A DNA stretch of 64,000 bases from Bigelowiella natans CCMP2755 (GCA_000320545.1 ADNK01000490.1:62001-126000); one strand, 5' to 3'. Shown: positions 1-13,516, counted from the stretch's first letter. Notes: generated by a model from the letters alone, not told the origin. Numbers and translations: made by a program.

Positions 1-133
1 CACTAGGATATACAAACTTAAGCCCCAGAACATCGTACCCATTGCGAGAGGAGGAGGAGGAGGAGGAGGAGGAGGAGGAGGTCACAATCAGAATCATCTG
101 TTATCACTGCAGCAGCAGGGACTTGGAAGAGCT

Positions 134-3100
134 GTGGCAGCAACATCAGTGAGTAAGATCGACGATGCGAAAAAATCCTCTCCACACACTAATATTCATA
201 CTAATATTCCTCCTCCTCTTAATACTACCACAACAAAAACTTCTACTTCCACCACCCCTACTACTACTGCTACAACTACCGCTACCACTACTAAGACTGC
301 TCCCCCAAACAAAGTCACCTCTTCTACGAATGAGAATGAGAAACGTCTCTCATCCCCGCCCTCAACATCAAACAACGAACGCCGTTATAGCCGCAGCGAT
401 CGAACATCATCCTCAAGGTTGCATGCACGTTCCTCCTCCACCTCGTCCTCTGACTCGGAGTCCTCTCGAAGTAGTAGAGGCAGCAGCAGGAGGAGGAGGA
501 GGAAAGGGGGGAGGGAAGGGAGCGAGGGGAGGAGTACCGAATGGCGCCGAGGTGATGATCGAAGAAGAGAGAAGGCGGCATTGCCCTCTTCCTCTTCCTC
601 CTCCTCTTTACAAACGTCAACAGCACAACGAGAGAGAGGAGAGAGGAAGCAGCCTAAGCAGCAAAAACGACCGCCTCCCTCTCCTTTGAATAATGGGCCG
701 CGCGAGAATGGAGGAGGAGGTGAGCGTGATGAAAACGAAGCTCCTACTACCGAAGAGAGGCAGCGCCTAAGGAATTGTCTTCTTCAGTGTTCTCAGACTG
801 GCAATGGGAAGAAAGCGCTTGCTGCTATCCGTAAATCGGTGGCCGATAGAAGAACCATTATAAAGGATGTTTCTCTGTACGATTTTGCACTGATTGCGCT
901 GGCGAAGAGTGGCGATGCCGACGGCGCCATAGAGGTCTTTCAACAGATGAAAATTGCAGGTGTTTCTCCCGGGGCTCAAAGCCACAACTATTACCTCAAC
1001 GCGCTGGATAAGGGGGGACGCAGTGCGGCGGCCATTGCACATTTTGAAGCTTTGCTGGAAAACCCTGCGAATAAGATCGATATCGACTCCGCTACTATTA
1101 ACATAGTGACAGGCATTTGTAGGCGACTGGGTGGTCGTCAATGGCAGGTGAGCCTCAAGGCCCTTCATGCGCTCGAAGTCAAGCATAAAGTCGGTCCCAA
1201 TTCCGACAGAGCTTACAACCACACCCTAGCTGCACTCAAAGAAGCAGGCGAAATACGCCCTCTCCTCATTCTCTTCGAGCGGATGAACCGGTTGAAGGCA
1301 CTACGGAAGACGAATGCAACGTACAACATCGTCGTGGAGGCTTGCAGCGAGGCTGCCGATTACTGGAAGCACGCAATGCTCACAGTGGAGAAGATGAAAT
1401 GCGACAGATTTGTTCCTGGTGCCTCGACATACGTTCACCTCATCTCCGCTCTATTTAAGGGAGATAAATTTGATCGAGGCCGTTGGTATCTGAGCCAAAT
1501 GGAGTCCCTTGGACTTTCCTCCGACAATAATGCCTTCAGCAAATTAGTGAGGGCTTGCGGAAAGCGCTCTGACGTCGCTATAAAGCTTTATCGGGAGCGA
1601 AAAGACGCGGGGGGGGGGAGGGGGAACGACATGCCGGTGTTCGAAGCTTTGTTGTGTTGCTGCTATGAGTCAGGCGACTGGCAGAAGGCTAAGGAGCTCT
1701 ACCGGGAGATGACCAGCACGCGCAACAACTTGCTTCCCACCACCGACGCATTCGAAAGCCTGTTCTCCGTGCTTGTCGCCTCCTCGCGGTTCCGCGATGC
1801 CATTACCATCTTCCAAGATGTCGAGTTGGAGTCCAAAAAGCGTACGCGACTCAGCCTTCGGGTGTATAACCTCATATTCCGCTGCTACATTGCGGCGGGA
1901 TGGCAAGCTGTGAAGGGGGAGACTGCCGTGAGAATATTCTTTCGCATGGCGAAGGAGAAGCACGTGAGGCCAGATTTTGGCACCTACGACGCTGTCCTGC
2001 GTATATGCAGAGCGTTCAGGTTACGCGACGAGGCCATCCGCGTCTTTGACCACCTCGATCATGACGTAGACGTTGCGTTGACGCCGGGACTCTTGCAAAT
2101 CGCTTTGGAAAGCCTAGCTCCGGGGAACCTGCTATTGAAACGGGGGGAAAAGGAACTCCCAGCGTGGAAAGTGGCCGTTGATATCGCTCGAGACGTGTCA
2201 AGGCGACCAGGGCTGCTGCTGCGTCGTACGACGGGTGTATTCAACGCCGTCCTCAGGGCGTGTGCCGACGCTGGGGAGCTGAGCACCTCAGCGAGTGTCT
2301 TTATGGAGATGCCTCGGGATAAGGCTCGGCCTGACCAGGACACATATCATGCGCTCATCTCATGTGCTGGATTGCGGGAAAAATGGAAATTGGCGCAGCA
2401 GCGTTTTCAGGAGATGGACCTGCTCAACCTGGCCAAGGGCCCTGTGACGTATCGGCTGCTTTTGGGAGCGTCGCTGCGGAGTCGTGAGTGGCTGCAGGTA
2501 TTCGAGGGATGGAATAGCATGTCGAGAGATAATGGAGCAGGAATCATCACAACACCACCAGGGGAAGGACCATCAATTAGTAGTAGTTGTAGGAGTCTCA
2601 TATTCTGTGGACTACTGGACGCCTGCGTGGCCTTGGGGTATTATAAGGAAGCGTTTACCATTTTCAATAGCGTGCTTTCCGTATGTAAGGAGACGGATAA
2701 GGCGACGGCGAAGAAGGTGCAGAAGCACCAGGAGCTGCAACAGCAGGATGATAAGACAACAAGCGGTAGAGTCGAGACGACCCACCACCAGCAGCAGCAG
2801 CAACAGCAGAGGCACAGCAACGTGATAATATCAAGGATGAAGTCCGTGCTACACTCACAACCATGGCCTCGCCGGAAGGTGGTGGAGTACGCCCTTGGAG
2901 CGGCCATGCACACGTGCACGCGACAGGCAATATACCAACCGTCTCTTGATCTGCTCCGGAAAACATGGAAGGAGGGCATCTGTGCGGAGGCAGAGAGAAA
3001 GGCGCATCAGCTAATTCGGCTTGCTGAAACAAAGGGGCCCAAAGAGGCCGTTACAGAAGCAGAGCGAATAACGAGCAAGTCGATGAAGAGAATCGTCATC

Positions 3101-3925
3101 TGTGCAGCCACCGCCTTTGTCCACACTCTGCCGAGGTACAGCAATAAAAACAGCAACAGTGGTGCTGGTGGTGGAGGGGGGGGGAAGCGAGCGCGCAACG
3201 CAACTGGTAGACAGCAGAAGCTGCTTCGGGAGTCGATAAATGTGCTCAGAGAAAAGCTCGATCAGTGGTGCGTCAATTCGACAGAACTGACAGCGAAGAT
3301 GCTCAACTTGTACACTGGCTCCGAAAAGCAGCACAACGACCAACTCCCTCGCCCCACAAATGATGATGATAATGATGATGATGGTAGTAGAGCTCCTGCT
3401 GCGAGCTGGTGGCAACTGAAGAAGAAAGCCACTGTGACGCCCACGAAAGCTATCACCACTAGTATGGAGACGAAGAAGAAGAAGAAGAAGAAGAAGAAGA
3501 AGAAGAAGGGATTCGAGTGCAAAGAAGAAGAAGAAGAAGAAGAAGAAGAAGAAGAAGCGAATTCCCCAAGTGGACACATGTGGACTCGCTCGGGTAGCAA
3601 GATCGTCTTAGTGGATGCTAAGCCATTCGGTATGTCGACGAAGGACAACATCGTATACTCTGTCAAAGCGGCGGCAAAGGAGGCCGGAGTGAGCATGGGA
3701 GACGAGATCGTAACCATTGCAGGAAATCCCGTGCAGGACAACGTAATCGCACACATGTTCTCGGCGCAAACGCTGCCCTTTGTCATAGAGCTTAAGCCGG
3801 GCCGTCATAGCACGAAGACTACACCGGCTGCTCGGAATGCGGGCAGCAGCGAGTTGACGACTAAGGAGCAACAAGAAGAAAAGGAAGCTATGACCGTGGT
3901 CGAGGCGGTGATGATGTCTCTGGGT

Positions 3926-3961
<36 letters not shown>

Positions 3962-6216
3962 CAACAACAACAACACAAAGCAGCGAGAAGAGGCGAATTG
4001 ACAGCGGAGGAAAGGCAAGAAAAGGACGTTGCAGCGGCGGTTCAGGCTGTGATAATGGCGACACCATCTGCTGCTACTACTAATAAAGCTACTACTGCTA
4101 CTGATACTACTACTGCTGATAGTGATGCTAACAACGGCCGCAACTCTACTACTGTCACTCAGAGTGGTGCTATCATCGGCATTCCTGGAACAACAAAAGT
4201 CGTAGCAGCTGCTGCCGCTGCTGGTGCTGGTGCTACTCCCTCTCCTGCCGCTACTAGTGGTAAGTCTGGTGTAAATCAACCATCCCAAGTCAGCCTACCC
4301 CCCCCTATTGCTGGACAAAAGAGGAGACGGAAGAGAAAGAGCAGATTCGATCAGGGAAAGCCAAACCAGCACCAGCACCAGCAGCATTCCAAATTCAAGG
4401 CGGCTACGCCAGCAGGGCCTTACAAATCACCAGTTGCGCCAGCGAGAGCAGGGACAGCAGTAGCAGCAGCAGCAGCAGGAGGAGGAGGAGGAGGAGGAGC
4501 AGCAGCAATACCTCCTCGAATAGCAGTCAGAGAGGAAAGCTTGAGAAATCATATTGCGGGGCCTGCTTTTCTTTCTCCTTCCCCGTTTTCCTCCTCATCT
4601 AAATCTATAGAGAAAGAGGGATTTATGCCGGTCAAGGCCCCGAAGATAGCAGCGCCAAGCGCAGCTCAGCCCCCACAGAAGAAGCCAGAAGAGAAGACGT
4701 CGAAGAATTATAACAAAAGTAGGAATTATAATGAAAAGCGTCTACAGCAGCAGCAGCAGCAGCAGCAGCAGCAAGAGCTGTCAATGAACAGTATGAAGGA
4801 GGCTCTAGGGAGGACACAGAGGGGGAAACATAGCGGAGGGAGGATAGATTCTATCAATTCTTCTCCTACCATCCGCCAAGCAAGCCGTAGAAATCGTCGG
4901 AGCCGCAGTCGTAGCCCCCCGACAAGACGCCAGGAATCAGCAGCAGCGTCACGGTCTTTGCCAGGTAATAAGAAAGGAGGATTGCAAACGACGAAAAGTG
5001 GACTGGGTGCGCGTAAAAGCAGTAGCAGCAACAACAACAATCGTCGCAGAAGCAATACAATAAGACCCCCCCCCCCCCACAAGCAGTCGGCGGCGAAGTT
5101 CATCTCGCACTCCCCCACGATCACGGCGTGGTAGTAGCCGCGGCAGCAGGGGCCAGAAAAGAGGCACAAGCAGGGGCTCATCGCCGACTAGTGGCGGCAA
5201 CAGAAACAACAAAAAGCGCCGTCGCAATATGTTCCGCGTTTCGCCATCTTCTTCACCAAAGACCACGAGGAGGGCGCAACGAGGAGGGGGCGACTCGTCA
5301 CGGTCTCCACCCAGTCGCGTTGTGAAGAGGGAGCAGGAGCTGAAGATGAAGAGAAACCGTGCACGGCAGCAACAGCAACTGGAGCAACAGCAGCATAAGC
5401 AGCATAAGCAGCAGCAGCAGCCACATCAAAGAGAGGTCGTCGCCGGCGTGAGTGGTGGGAATATACCTTATAATAATAATCGTCATCATCTTCGTCATAA
5501 TCATCGAAGTCATCACCATTACGATAATGATGGTGGACGTGGTGGTAATACTGCACGGCAAACTCGACGACGACGGCCTAATACGTCATCATCGCTGTTG
5601 CCTTCACCAACTTCCTCCCTGATCTCACAGTCCTCCCCTCCTTCCTATTCTCCTCATCGTCTTGGTTATCATCATCGAGGATCTAGTCAGTACCAGCACG
5701 ATGGTGATTCTGGTAATAATAACGACGAGCTGTCGTTTGACCGGGAATACGAAATCGCTCTACAAACAGAGAAGCGGCGGGAAGAGCGGCTGCTGCTCAG
5801 AGAAACACAGCAGCAGCGACAACAACAACAACACCACCTTCACCGCTTCGATGACGGCGTTGACTATAGGCAGCGAGGTCAGAGGAGGGGGGGATTCGCA
5901 TTGACATACGACGAGAAAATAGTTGTGGGAGAGGAAGAGAAGGAAAGTATCCGTCATCGTCGCGATCATCGTCGTCAAGTTAACCATGATCACTACCAGC
6001 AGCAGCAGCAGCAGCAACACGCGAAAGGAGGGTACGATGAAGAAGAAGATGAGGATGAGGATGAAGATGTGGATCTTATCGATGATCGTAAGGACGCACA
6101 AGAAGAAGAAGAAGATACACCGCCATAGAGGAATATTAGCAAGCACACGCTCCCCCCACGTTTTCTTTTTGTACAACGGCTTAATTTTCCATTTGTATTG
6201 CCATATACTATTTATA

Positions 6217-6270
<54 letters not shown>

Positions 6271-7707
6271 TTCTCATTTTGTGTGTCCTGGTTTAATTAT
6301 GGTTCTTCTGCGTCTCTTCTTCCTTTTTCTTCTTTGCTGCTGGTGGTGTTGTGACCGTAACGTAGCCGACCTACCAGAGGGATGGAGAGCTTGCAAGGAG
6401 AAGGCAAGCGGCGATGTAAGAAGAACCCTTGGAAGAAGAAGAAGGAGAATGCATGAACTAGTGTACAATCAATGCGGTAGATAGGAACAACCAGAGTCAT
6501 ATATGATGTGAGTAGTCTCAGTACATGGATATGTTGCTTGTTTTGTTGTCGGCGGCTTCCTCCTCCTCCTCCTCCTGCTCCTGCTGCTGCTACTACACAG
6601 ATATATTACTGGAATGTTAACGACGATAGGACGACGTGGGACCGCCCCACAACCACCACCACAAACACCACCCCCAAGAATTCATCCTCGATATATCGAA
6701 GTAGAGTTTTGTCAGAAGCGGCTCCTGCAACGTCGTCATCATCACCATCGGTAGCGAGGACACAGATCCCCTCCAGCTCTTCCTCCTCCTCAATCGGCGG
6801 AGGCCATCTTAAGCAAACGGATGAAGCGGCTAAAAATATACAAAGAGGTGCGTGTTTTGTATTATTCTTCGTGGCCTGAAGCAGTGCAGGACTTGCAGCT
6901 GTAAGCTAAACCCCCCTCCTTCTCTTTTCTTCTCTTTATTACCATCATCATCATCATCATCATCATCTCATCACCATAATATGCTATTCCCTTGCAGTCG
7001 CCAAGATGGCTGTCTACGAGGAGAAAATGATTGCGTTCTTGGCGAAGAGGCTCTCTAGTGCTTCGAAGAGGAGTGATCCTGAGGTATGACTTCCGCGAAA
7101 ATGTACTCACCTACACACACCCACATGAAGGGAGAGAGGGACGGGGGATGGAAAAAATACTTGAATCCATAAGTTTTATTGAATGGACATTCTTCCTCTA
7201 TCCTATTCTTCTCTCTTCTTTTGGTGATGATGATTTGTAGTCCGCCCTGAAGGCATTGAAGAACTTACGTAGCCTGGATGTGGATGCCTCGTTGTTGGCC
7301 AAAACAAAGGTAGGAATAGGTTTGAATGATGCCTCTCACACACACAAACACACTCTCTCCGCCTCTCCGCCTCTCTTACTCGTACACACACGCACGCACA
7401 CGCAATTCTTTGTGCCAACACGCCTTTTGAAGTGATTGTCCATAATCGTAAAGTATCGGTCATACGGCTATTCATCGTGAAATACTGAATCAGTAACTAG
7501 CACTTACTCGTGATTCTGTTTCAACTCAGCTAATCTCCTTCTTGCGGTTGCTGTGCTCCTCGATGGCAGAGTGCGTGGCGAGTTATTTTTCCACCTTGAA
7601 TACTATCAGAATTGATTTCGAACCAAAGAACTTCGATCTTCGATGCATATACGAACATATTGTCCATCATCAGCACTTTCCCCGTTTTTCTCACAGGAGT
7701 CCGCTTG

Positions 7708-7741
<34 letters not shown>

Positions 7742-8031
7742 ATGTGTGTACTATAAATCCTGTTGAAGGAGTGCAGATTCCTTTGACCTGATATTATATT
7801 CTTAGGTTTACTGATGTCGTAGTAAGGTGTGGGGAGCTGATTCGGCACTGGCAGCCTTTCACAATGCACCTGCAAACGAAGACTGGCGGCCCCGACATAC
7901 TCCACAACAGTAGCAGCATCAGTATGTCCAATCGAAAGAACGGTGACGGTAGTGCCAGTAGATCATCAGCAATCATGAATCAGGAATCGTTTAGTCCACC
8001 TCGAGATCCACGCATTCGATCCAAAAAATAA
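134..8031 (+). CDS. Very large PPR-repeat protein with a PDZ-like domain, RS/low-complexity region, WW domain and C-terminal TFIIS-N (Med26/IWS1-like) domain; 5' end probably outside the window; frameshift at C13 (5066-5078)
   Basis: Tandem PPR-like helical repeats at ~860-2680 (e.g. TYNIVVEACSEA, TYHALISCAG). PDZ-like segment at ~3580-3795 (KPFGM...AGVSMGDEIVTIAG). After the frameshift the RS-rich frame runs to a donor at 6088. Exons 6366-6415 and 6601-6847 give DLPEGWRACKEKASGD-IYYWNVNDDRTTWDRP (WW). Exons 6998-7083, 7241-~7320 and 7806-8031 give ALKALKNLRSLDVDASLLAKTKVG...VVVRCGELIRHW (TFIIS-N-like). One small exon near 7430 is unresolved. Confidence 0.75.
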
Positions 8032-9074
8032 CTAGTTAACATATCAAAGCGATTATTGATCTCATTTGATCACTTAGCTTCCTATGTGTGCATATCTATG
8101 TATTACAGCGATGCACGGAAACTAAGCGCCTGTTGCCTTGTTTCGCATTGTTGACAGCGACAGCCCGTACGATACGTCGAAATGTCCACCCCACGACACA
8201 GCTCTAAGCGTCGTTTATTTCGACAATGGTCATGCAATGCTTCTGGAAAAAATACGTAGCGTAGCTGCATACATGTACCTACATCTAGATGTAGGCTAGA
8301 TAGGCTCTTCGATGCATGCATGCTAGCATGTTCGTTCGACACATTGTGCATATTATTATGCATCATCACACATTGCATCGTAAATGCTTAATTGATAAAT
8401 TACACCCGTCTTGCATTGTCTCGTACTAGCGTAGGGTGCAATCGCTCAAAATTCACGTATGTCTAGATGTGCATCATGGCAACTTAGCACTGTGCACCTC
8501 CTACTAAACACCCAGCTGGCTAGCTAGCAGCTAGCTAGATGCCTGTCTGTGGCACACATCGATCTAGACGAGTGAGACGGATGCAACGAAGTGATTAAAT
8601 CTAGATGTGCGTCGATGGAATCTGATCTATTTCTGCGACACATTGCAGCTTGTTACATTTCTAGATTTGGGCATTTTAGTTCATTGTATGTGTTAGAGGT
8701 AGTGTAATGTAGCTAGCAAGGAAGCTGTGGGTGCTTGTACTTACGAAGTACGTTGCTGTGGCATTCTCTTTACAGTGAGACCAGACACTTTCAGGTTCCC
8801 CTACTTCCCATTCGGCGAATATACTCTTATTATAGCTTGTACGTACATAAATGTCAAAGTTTTCGAGACTACCAAGGATGTTCCAATATTGCATATTGCT
8901 GTTACATGCATCATGAACAAAGCCGGAAATACGAGCACATGAGACTTAGATTTTAATAATTCGATAAATGAGTTATATACAATGGTTATAACACATACAC
9001 ACAACTATCAATATAGCCTAAGATGAACAATCGCTCTTCGTCTGACTTCCACAGCCCCGCTATACATAGTCCCA

Positions 9075-10418
9075 CTACAGGGCCGTCCCTCTCTCCAAGT
9101 TTTGCCTGATTTCCACCGTGTATGGATCGTAGGCACGCTTGACTTTCTTGTTGAAAACACGGTTCCTCTCATTGATATAGTCTATATCAGCTTCATTGTA
9201 ATGTGCACGACGCCTGCTGAATTTTCTCCTTCGTTCCTGGGTGGCTTCAAGCTCAGCAACCATATGATCGATCATGTGTTCTGGAGGTTTATCGCTTCCC
9301 CACTTGAGTGAACCTTCGCCACGGACTTCATCGCCATTATGCCGGCCCTTTGGAACTTGGGCCAATCGCTTCTTGTATCCCTTGTATAACGCGTCCTGAT
9401 TGAAGACATTCCAGCCAAAAGATGCTTTGTTCTTCTCCTTCTTCTTCCGGACTTTCTCACTCGCTTCGTGCCCAGCTGCTGTATCAGTAAGGAATTTGAA
9501 CTGGTCCGGGTCTAGGCCTGCTGCTTCTAATTCCTTCTTCTTCTTCTCGTATTCCTTCCAACGCTCCAGATTCTTCTTCTTTGCCTTCCCCTTTTCTCCG
9601 CCTGTTAGCCGCTGCTTCTCCTCAACAGCTTGCTTTCTGTTGTCCTTGCGGCCTGCATTCATTTTAAGCCGCAGCGCTTGGAGTTTCTTCTGCCTCTCCG
9701 AAAGAGGTTTACCTCCTCCCCCGACTGAAGAGAATCCTATTTCGTCCTTTTTTTCGGTCTTTGCTGCTTCTTCCTGTTTTTTCTCCTCCTCACCTTCATC
9801 TTCGTCTGAATCGTCGAGTCCCAAGTCAATCTCCTCGTCTATTGGAAGCTTCTTTTTTTTCTTAACTGAGGTTTCCGTATCAGAAGAAACTTCGCCACAT
9901 TCTGCAATTATGACATCTGTGAGTGGGCGGTCGCCGCTCGAAGTTGGTACTTCTTCAATCCTGCGCAACAGTTCCATTCCCTCGGTGAGCCGCCCAAAGA
10001 CTACATGCTTGTCGTTCAGATGGGGGGTGGAGCGGAACGTTATGAAAAATTGTGATCCGTTTGAGTTAGGTCCACAATTAGCCATCGAGAGCATTCCAGC
10101 ACCGAAATGCCTGTGCAGGAAGTTCTCATCATTGAACGTCCCGCCATAGATAGACTCTCCACCCGTTCCGTCAGATCTCGAGAAGTCTCCTCCTTGTGCC
10201 ATAAAGCCCTTTATAACACGATGGAAAATAGTTTGGCGAAACTGGAGTTTTTTCCTGGTGGTTGCCCCGTAGCCCTTTTCTCCCGTGCAGAGACAACGGA
10301 AGTTCTCGGCAGTTTTTGGGCATGAATCTTTGAAGAGCTCGAACACGAGCCGTCCGGCATCCTTAGAACCGATACGAATGTCAAAGTAGACTTTCGGGTT
10401 CGTTGAAGAGGTCGCCAT
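9075..10418 (-). CDS. Cyclophilin-type peptidyl-prolyl isomerase fused to a C-terminal SYF2 splicing-factor domain (single exon)
   Basis: Cyclophilin motifs [31 protein letters not shown] and NGSQFFIT. The C-terminus RRRKFSRRR...[15 protein letters not shown]...[12 protein letters not shown] is the SYF2 signature. Likely start is MATSS at 10418. Confidence 0.93.
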   Translation of the reverse strand: MATSSTNPKVYFDIRIGSKDAGRLVFELFKDSCPKTAENFRCLCTGEKGYGATTRKKLQFRQTIFHRVIKGFMAQGGDFSRSDGTGGESIYGGTFNDENFLHRHFGAGMLSMANCGPNSNGSQFFITFRSTPHLNDKHVVFGRLTEGMELLRRIEEVPTSSGDRPLTDVIIAECGEVSSDTETSVKKKKKLPIDEEIDLGLDDSDEDEGEEEKKQEEAAKTEKKDEIGFSSVGGGGKPLSERQKKLQALRLKMNAGRKDNRKQAVEEKQRLTGGEKGKAKKKNLERWKEYEKKKKELEAAGLDPDQFKFLTDTAAGHEASEKVRKKKEKNKASFGWNVFNQDALYKGYKKRLAQVPKGRHNGDEVRGEGSLKWGSDKPPEHMIDHMVAELEATQERRRKFSRRRAHYNEADIDYINERNRVFNKKVKRAYDPYTVEIRQNLERGTAL

Positions 10419-11092
10419 TCTCCCCTGGCGCGTGTGTCTGTGCGATAGCAGAAAGAGATGCAAAAATTAATTTTACTGGAGAGGATTTTCGAGAACCTGG
10501 AACAACGCCAACGTGGCTTTCGGAGTTACTTGCGGTCGAGACTCTTCGAAATTGCCGAGATACGCGCAATCTCGAAAGCCTCTTGCAAGCTTACTCTCCT
10601 TTCAAGAGGCAGTGTTAGGCTGAAAATGAAGAAATAGGAGGAGGAGCGCACCAGGCGAGGAAGGTGCCAACTGTGTTTCTGTACAGACCGCGTCAATCGG
10701 AATCCATTCCTGCATATATTGTAGTACGATTATGTCATGCGACATCGGTTCACTACCCTGGTTTGAGATAAATACGATCCGATTCCCATGTGCATTGGGG
10801 AAAAAGAAGCGCGTCTAGTTCTTTCAGGTGCCCATGCGCCACCCGATATTTTAAAAAAAAGGCACTAAAAAATATCGGGGAAAAGTTCTTTTCCTTGTCG
10901 CACAATCGCGTACAGAAAGAAACTCTGCAAATTCCTGCATCACGTTCCCCCCAAAGAGGTTTTGGGGGCTCCAGTTCTCAAACACTGGGGCCGGAATAGG
11001 CTGCGACGAACGGTTATCCTGTGAGTATTTAAGGTAAACTGTAACTGCATGCGAACGTTCGCAAAATCCTAATGCCTTATCTTGTAGGAGCA

Positions 11093-12659
11093 ATGGAGGC
11101 GGCAGGATACCGTATTCTACCCGCGGTGTTGCTACTTATGGTTCTTTTAAGCTCCACAATCGACTACTACCTGGGGGAAAGCGACGCCACTCCAGATATC
11201 CTTGTGTACGTTAAGTTCAAATTAGTTCGAATCCTCTTCATTCTTCCTATGCAACCCTTCAAAACTATTCTATTAATCAAATTGTACAGGTGGGAAGATG
11301 AGATGGACGGCCCAATGGGATCAAGCAACTCCACAGTCCGAAAAAGCAACGATACAAAGAGCGATGCTTCGCTCTCGCCTCCACCTCCACCATCTCCAAC
11401 CAAAGAGCCAACCCCCAACCCTACAACTGGGAAGCCTACACCAGCACCTCCAACTGGAAAGCCCACAATGCCACCCTCACCAGGCCCCACCCCCCCCCCA
11501 TCCCCCAGACTCATTGCTCCCGTAGACCCAAAGAAAGGAAAACGGTATGTGTATGTATACCAAGGCGACTGGCCTAATCAAGCGCTCTTGTTCATGTACA
11601 AGGTTTGTAAAATGTCAACTTTGCCAACTCTTGTCAATTTAGTGATTTGTTTATGATTTTTTTTTCACGAACTACATGATCATCATCGTTGTCATTGTCA
11701 CAACCATTCATACAATTCGTCAGTATCACCTCACACCCACTTGAAACACTCAGATGCTGGTGCAGACTGTGGTTGACGGATTTGAGGGCCTCGGAGTGAC
11801 CCCTGTCTTCATGCATGTCGACTACACAATTCCGAATACCACAACAGCCGGGGATTTTGTGGTGTGGGTCGGCAGTGACATCAAGCGATCCGACCTAATG
11901 ATTCAGTTTCGACAACGCGGATGTTACACAATCCTCTATCAGACTGAGCTAGTAAATAAGCCGAATTACTGCACCGAGCCAACATGGTCTAAAGCTATAT
12001 ACAATGAAATTTGGGATTATGGTTGGGGTAATGTCGAGTTACTGAGACGATGTCCGGGCACTTTACCACCGGCGCGGTATGTGCCCGCAGGATACCTGAA
12101 GAACTGGCCTAAGCTACCACCGTACAAGGAGGGAAATGTCGAGAAGATTGTCTTCTTTGGTAGTCTCGATTACAACCGGATGCAATGTTGGAGCAGGATG
12201 TTGAAAGCGGCTAATCTACAACCAAAGCTCACCTCGGTGTATAATATCTGGAAGTTAGAGCAGTTTGTTGATTACATTGAGAAAAAGGAAGAAGGCGTGA
12301 ATCGGATTTGGGTCAATATCCACAAGTGGTGTAAGTACCCGCATCACGGCAACAATTCAGACGCCCTGGAGCCGCGCATGTCGGTGCTTCTCAGTACTAA
12401 GGGCCTCCTAATTTCTGACCGTAGCTTTTGGAAAGACGAATTCTCGTATCGGGATATTCTCGATTTTGCCGAAATTGACGATATGGAGAAGGTCTTCGCA
12501 CGGATATACCAGCTTAGCATTGCTGACCGGCAAAAGCTGCTTGACACGCGTTGGGAGCGATACAAGCAACGTTTCAACCCAGCACAACTTCTGAAAAATG
12601 CTAATGTCCACCTCCTGCTAGAAGAAAACCCGCGGGTTGTACTGGCTGATGTGAAGTAG
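11093..12659 (+). CDS. Signal-anchored glycosyltransferase-like protein with a Pro/Thr-rich stem (3 exons)
   Basis: Hydrophobic N-terminus and PT-rich linker. Exons ~11093-11205, 11290-11602 and 11754-12659 join in phase. C-terminal KIVFFGSL..NR and WVNIHK...LEPRMSVLLSTKGLLISD resemble GT-B (Glyco_trans_1_2-like) C-terminal motifs. Confidence 0.6.
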
Positions 12660-13370
12660 CACATTATCCAAATCATGCAATGTGTCAGTTCCTGAGTGGA
12701 CCATCCTAACGTGTAGCACATTTACCTTCGGTCGTATCTCAATGTCTAGATGTGGTGTTGGCATGAATGAGAACGAAAAAAATGGGTCTCTAGTAGCTCA
12801 TCAACAGAACAAAAATCGTTACGCACACAATTCACGGTATGAATATTTCCCGGACAGATGTCTTATCAAGACAGAAGTAGACAAATGATGTGAGGAGCAC
12901 CACTGACGTAGTATGTTGTAGTCTCTATAACACATAGCAATCTAGAGGACCGAGCTATGACATCTAGCATAGATATACGGCAAGCAATTAGATACGCTAT
13001 GTGAGACGGATCTAATGAAACGATTAAATTCTTTCAATGGTCATCCTAGTGTAGCTATGCAGAGCAGCGGCTACAGTGCTATATATGTACGTAATAACTG
13101 CACGATCTAGGCCATACTACGACGACAAGTCAACCACACGCGCAATTCTATACTAGCTATTCTCGCGAGTATGTAATATACGATTCGGCACGTTTGCATG
13201 TGGAAACTCTGCGGGGGACTGCTCATTTTGTGGCTAGATGTCTGCTAGCGCCGCTAGGCACATATTACGGGCTAGCGGGTGACGATGCAAGTTCTGACAA
13301 TGATATAACTTCCAATTGCGAGCATGAAGCGCACAAAGTGAACGGCGAGAGTCTAACAAATACAACATAA

Positions 13371-13516
13371 GCGCTGTGGCCGCCGGCTTTGCACAGCCAC
13401 GTACATCAAGATGACCATTGATGGAATGTTAGATGGACGTAATGAAGTGATCAAATGCATGTGTTCAATGGTCATCCTAATGCCTTGTAGCTGTGCAAAG
13501 CCGGCGGCTAAAGCGC
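13371..13516. repeat. Degenerate ~50-bp inverted repeat, member of a dispersed intergenic repeat family
   Basis: Arms 13371-13420 and 13466-13516 share GCCGCCGGCTTTGCACAGC and GATGACCATTG. Related copies lie at ~13007-13080, 13615-13657, 40182-40260 and 8578-8601. Confidence 0.8.

Noticed and set aside
165-6200. Many antisense and alternate-frame ORFs rich in poly-L/C/F/S, also 9400-10149 and 48811-49924
   Set aside because: Shadows of trinucleotide repeats and of the real coding strand.
8676-9004. Short ORFs downstream of the cyclophilin gene
   Set aside because: No consistent exon chain or recognisable motif. Could be UTR or a gene fragment but cannot be supported.
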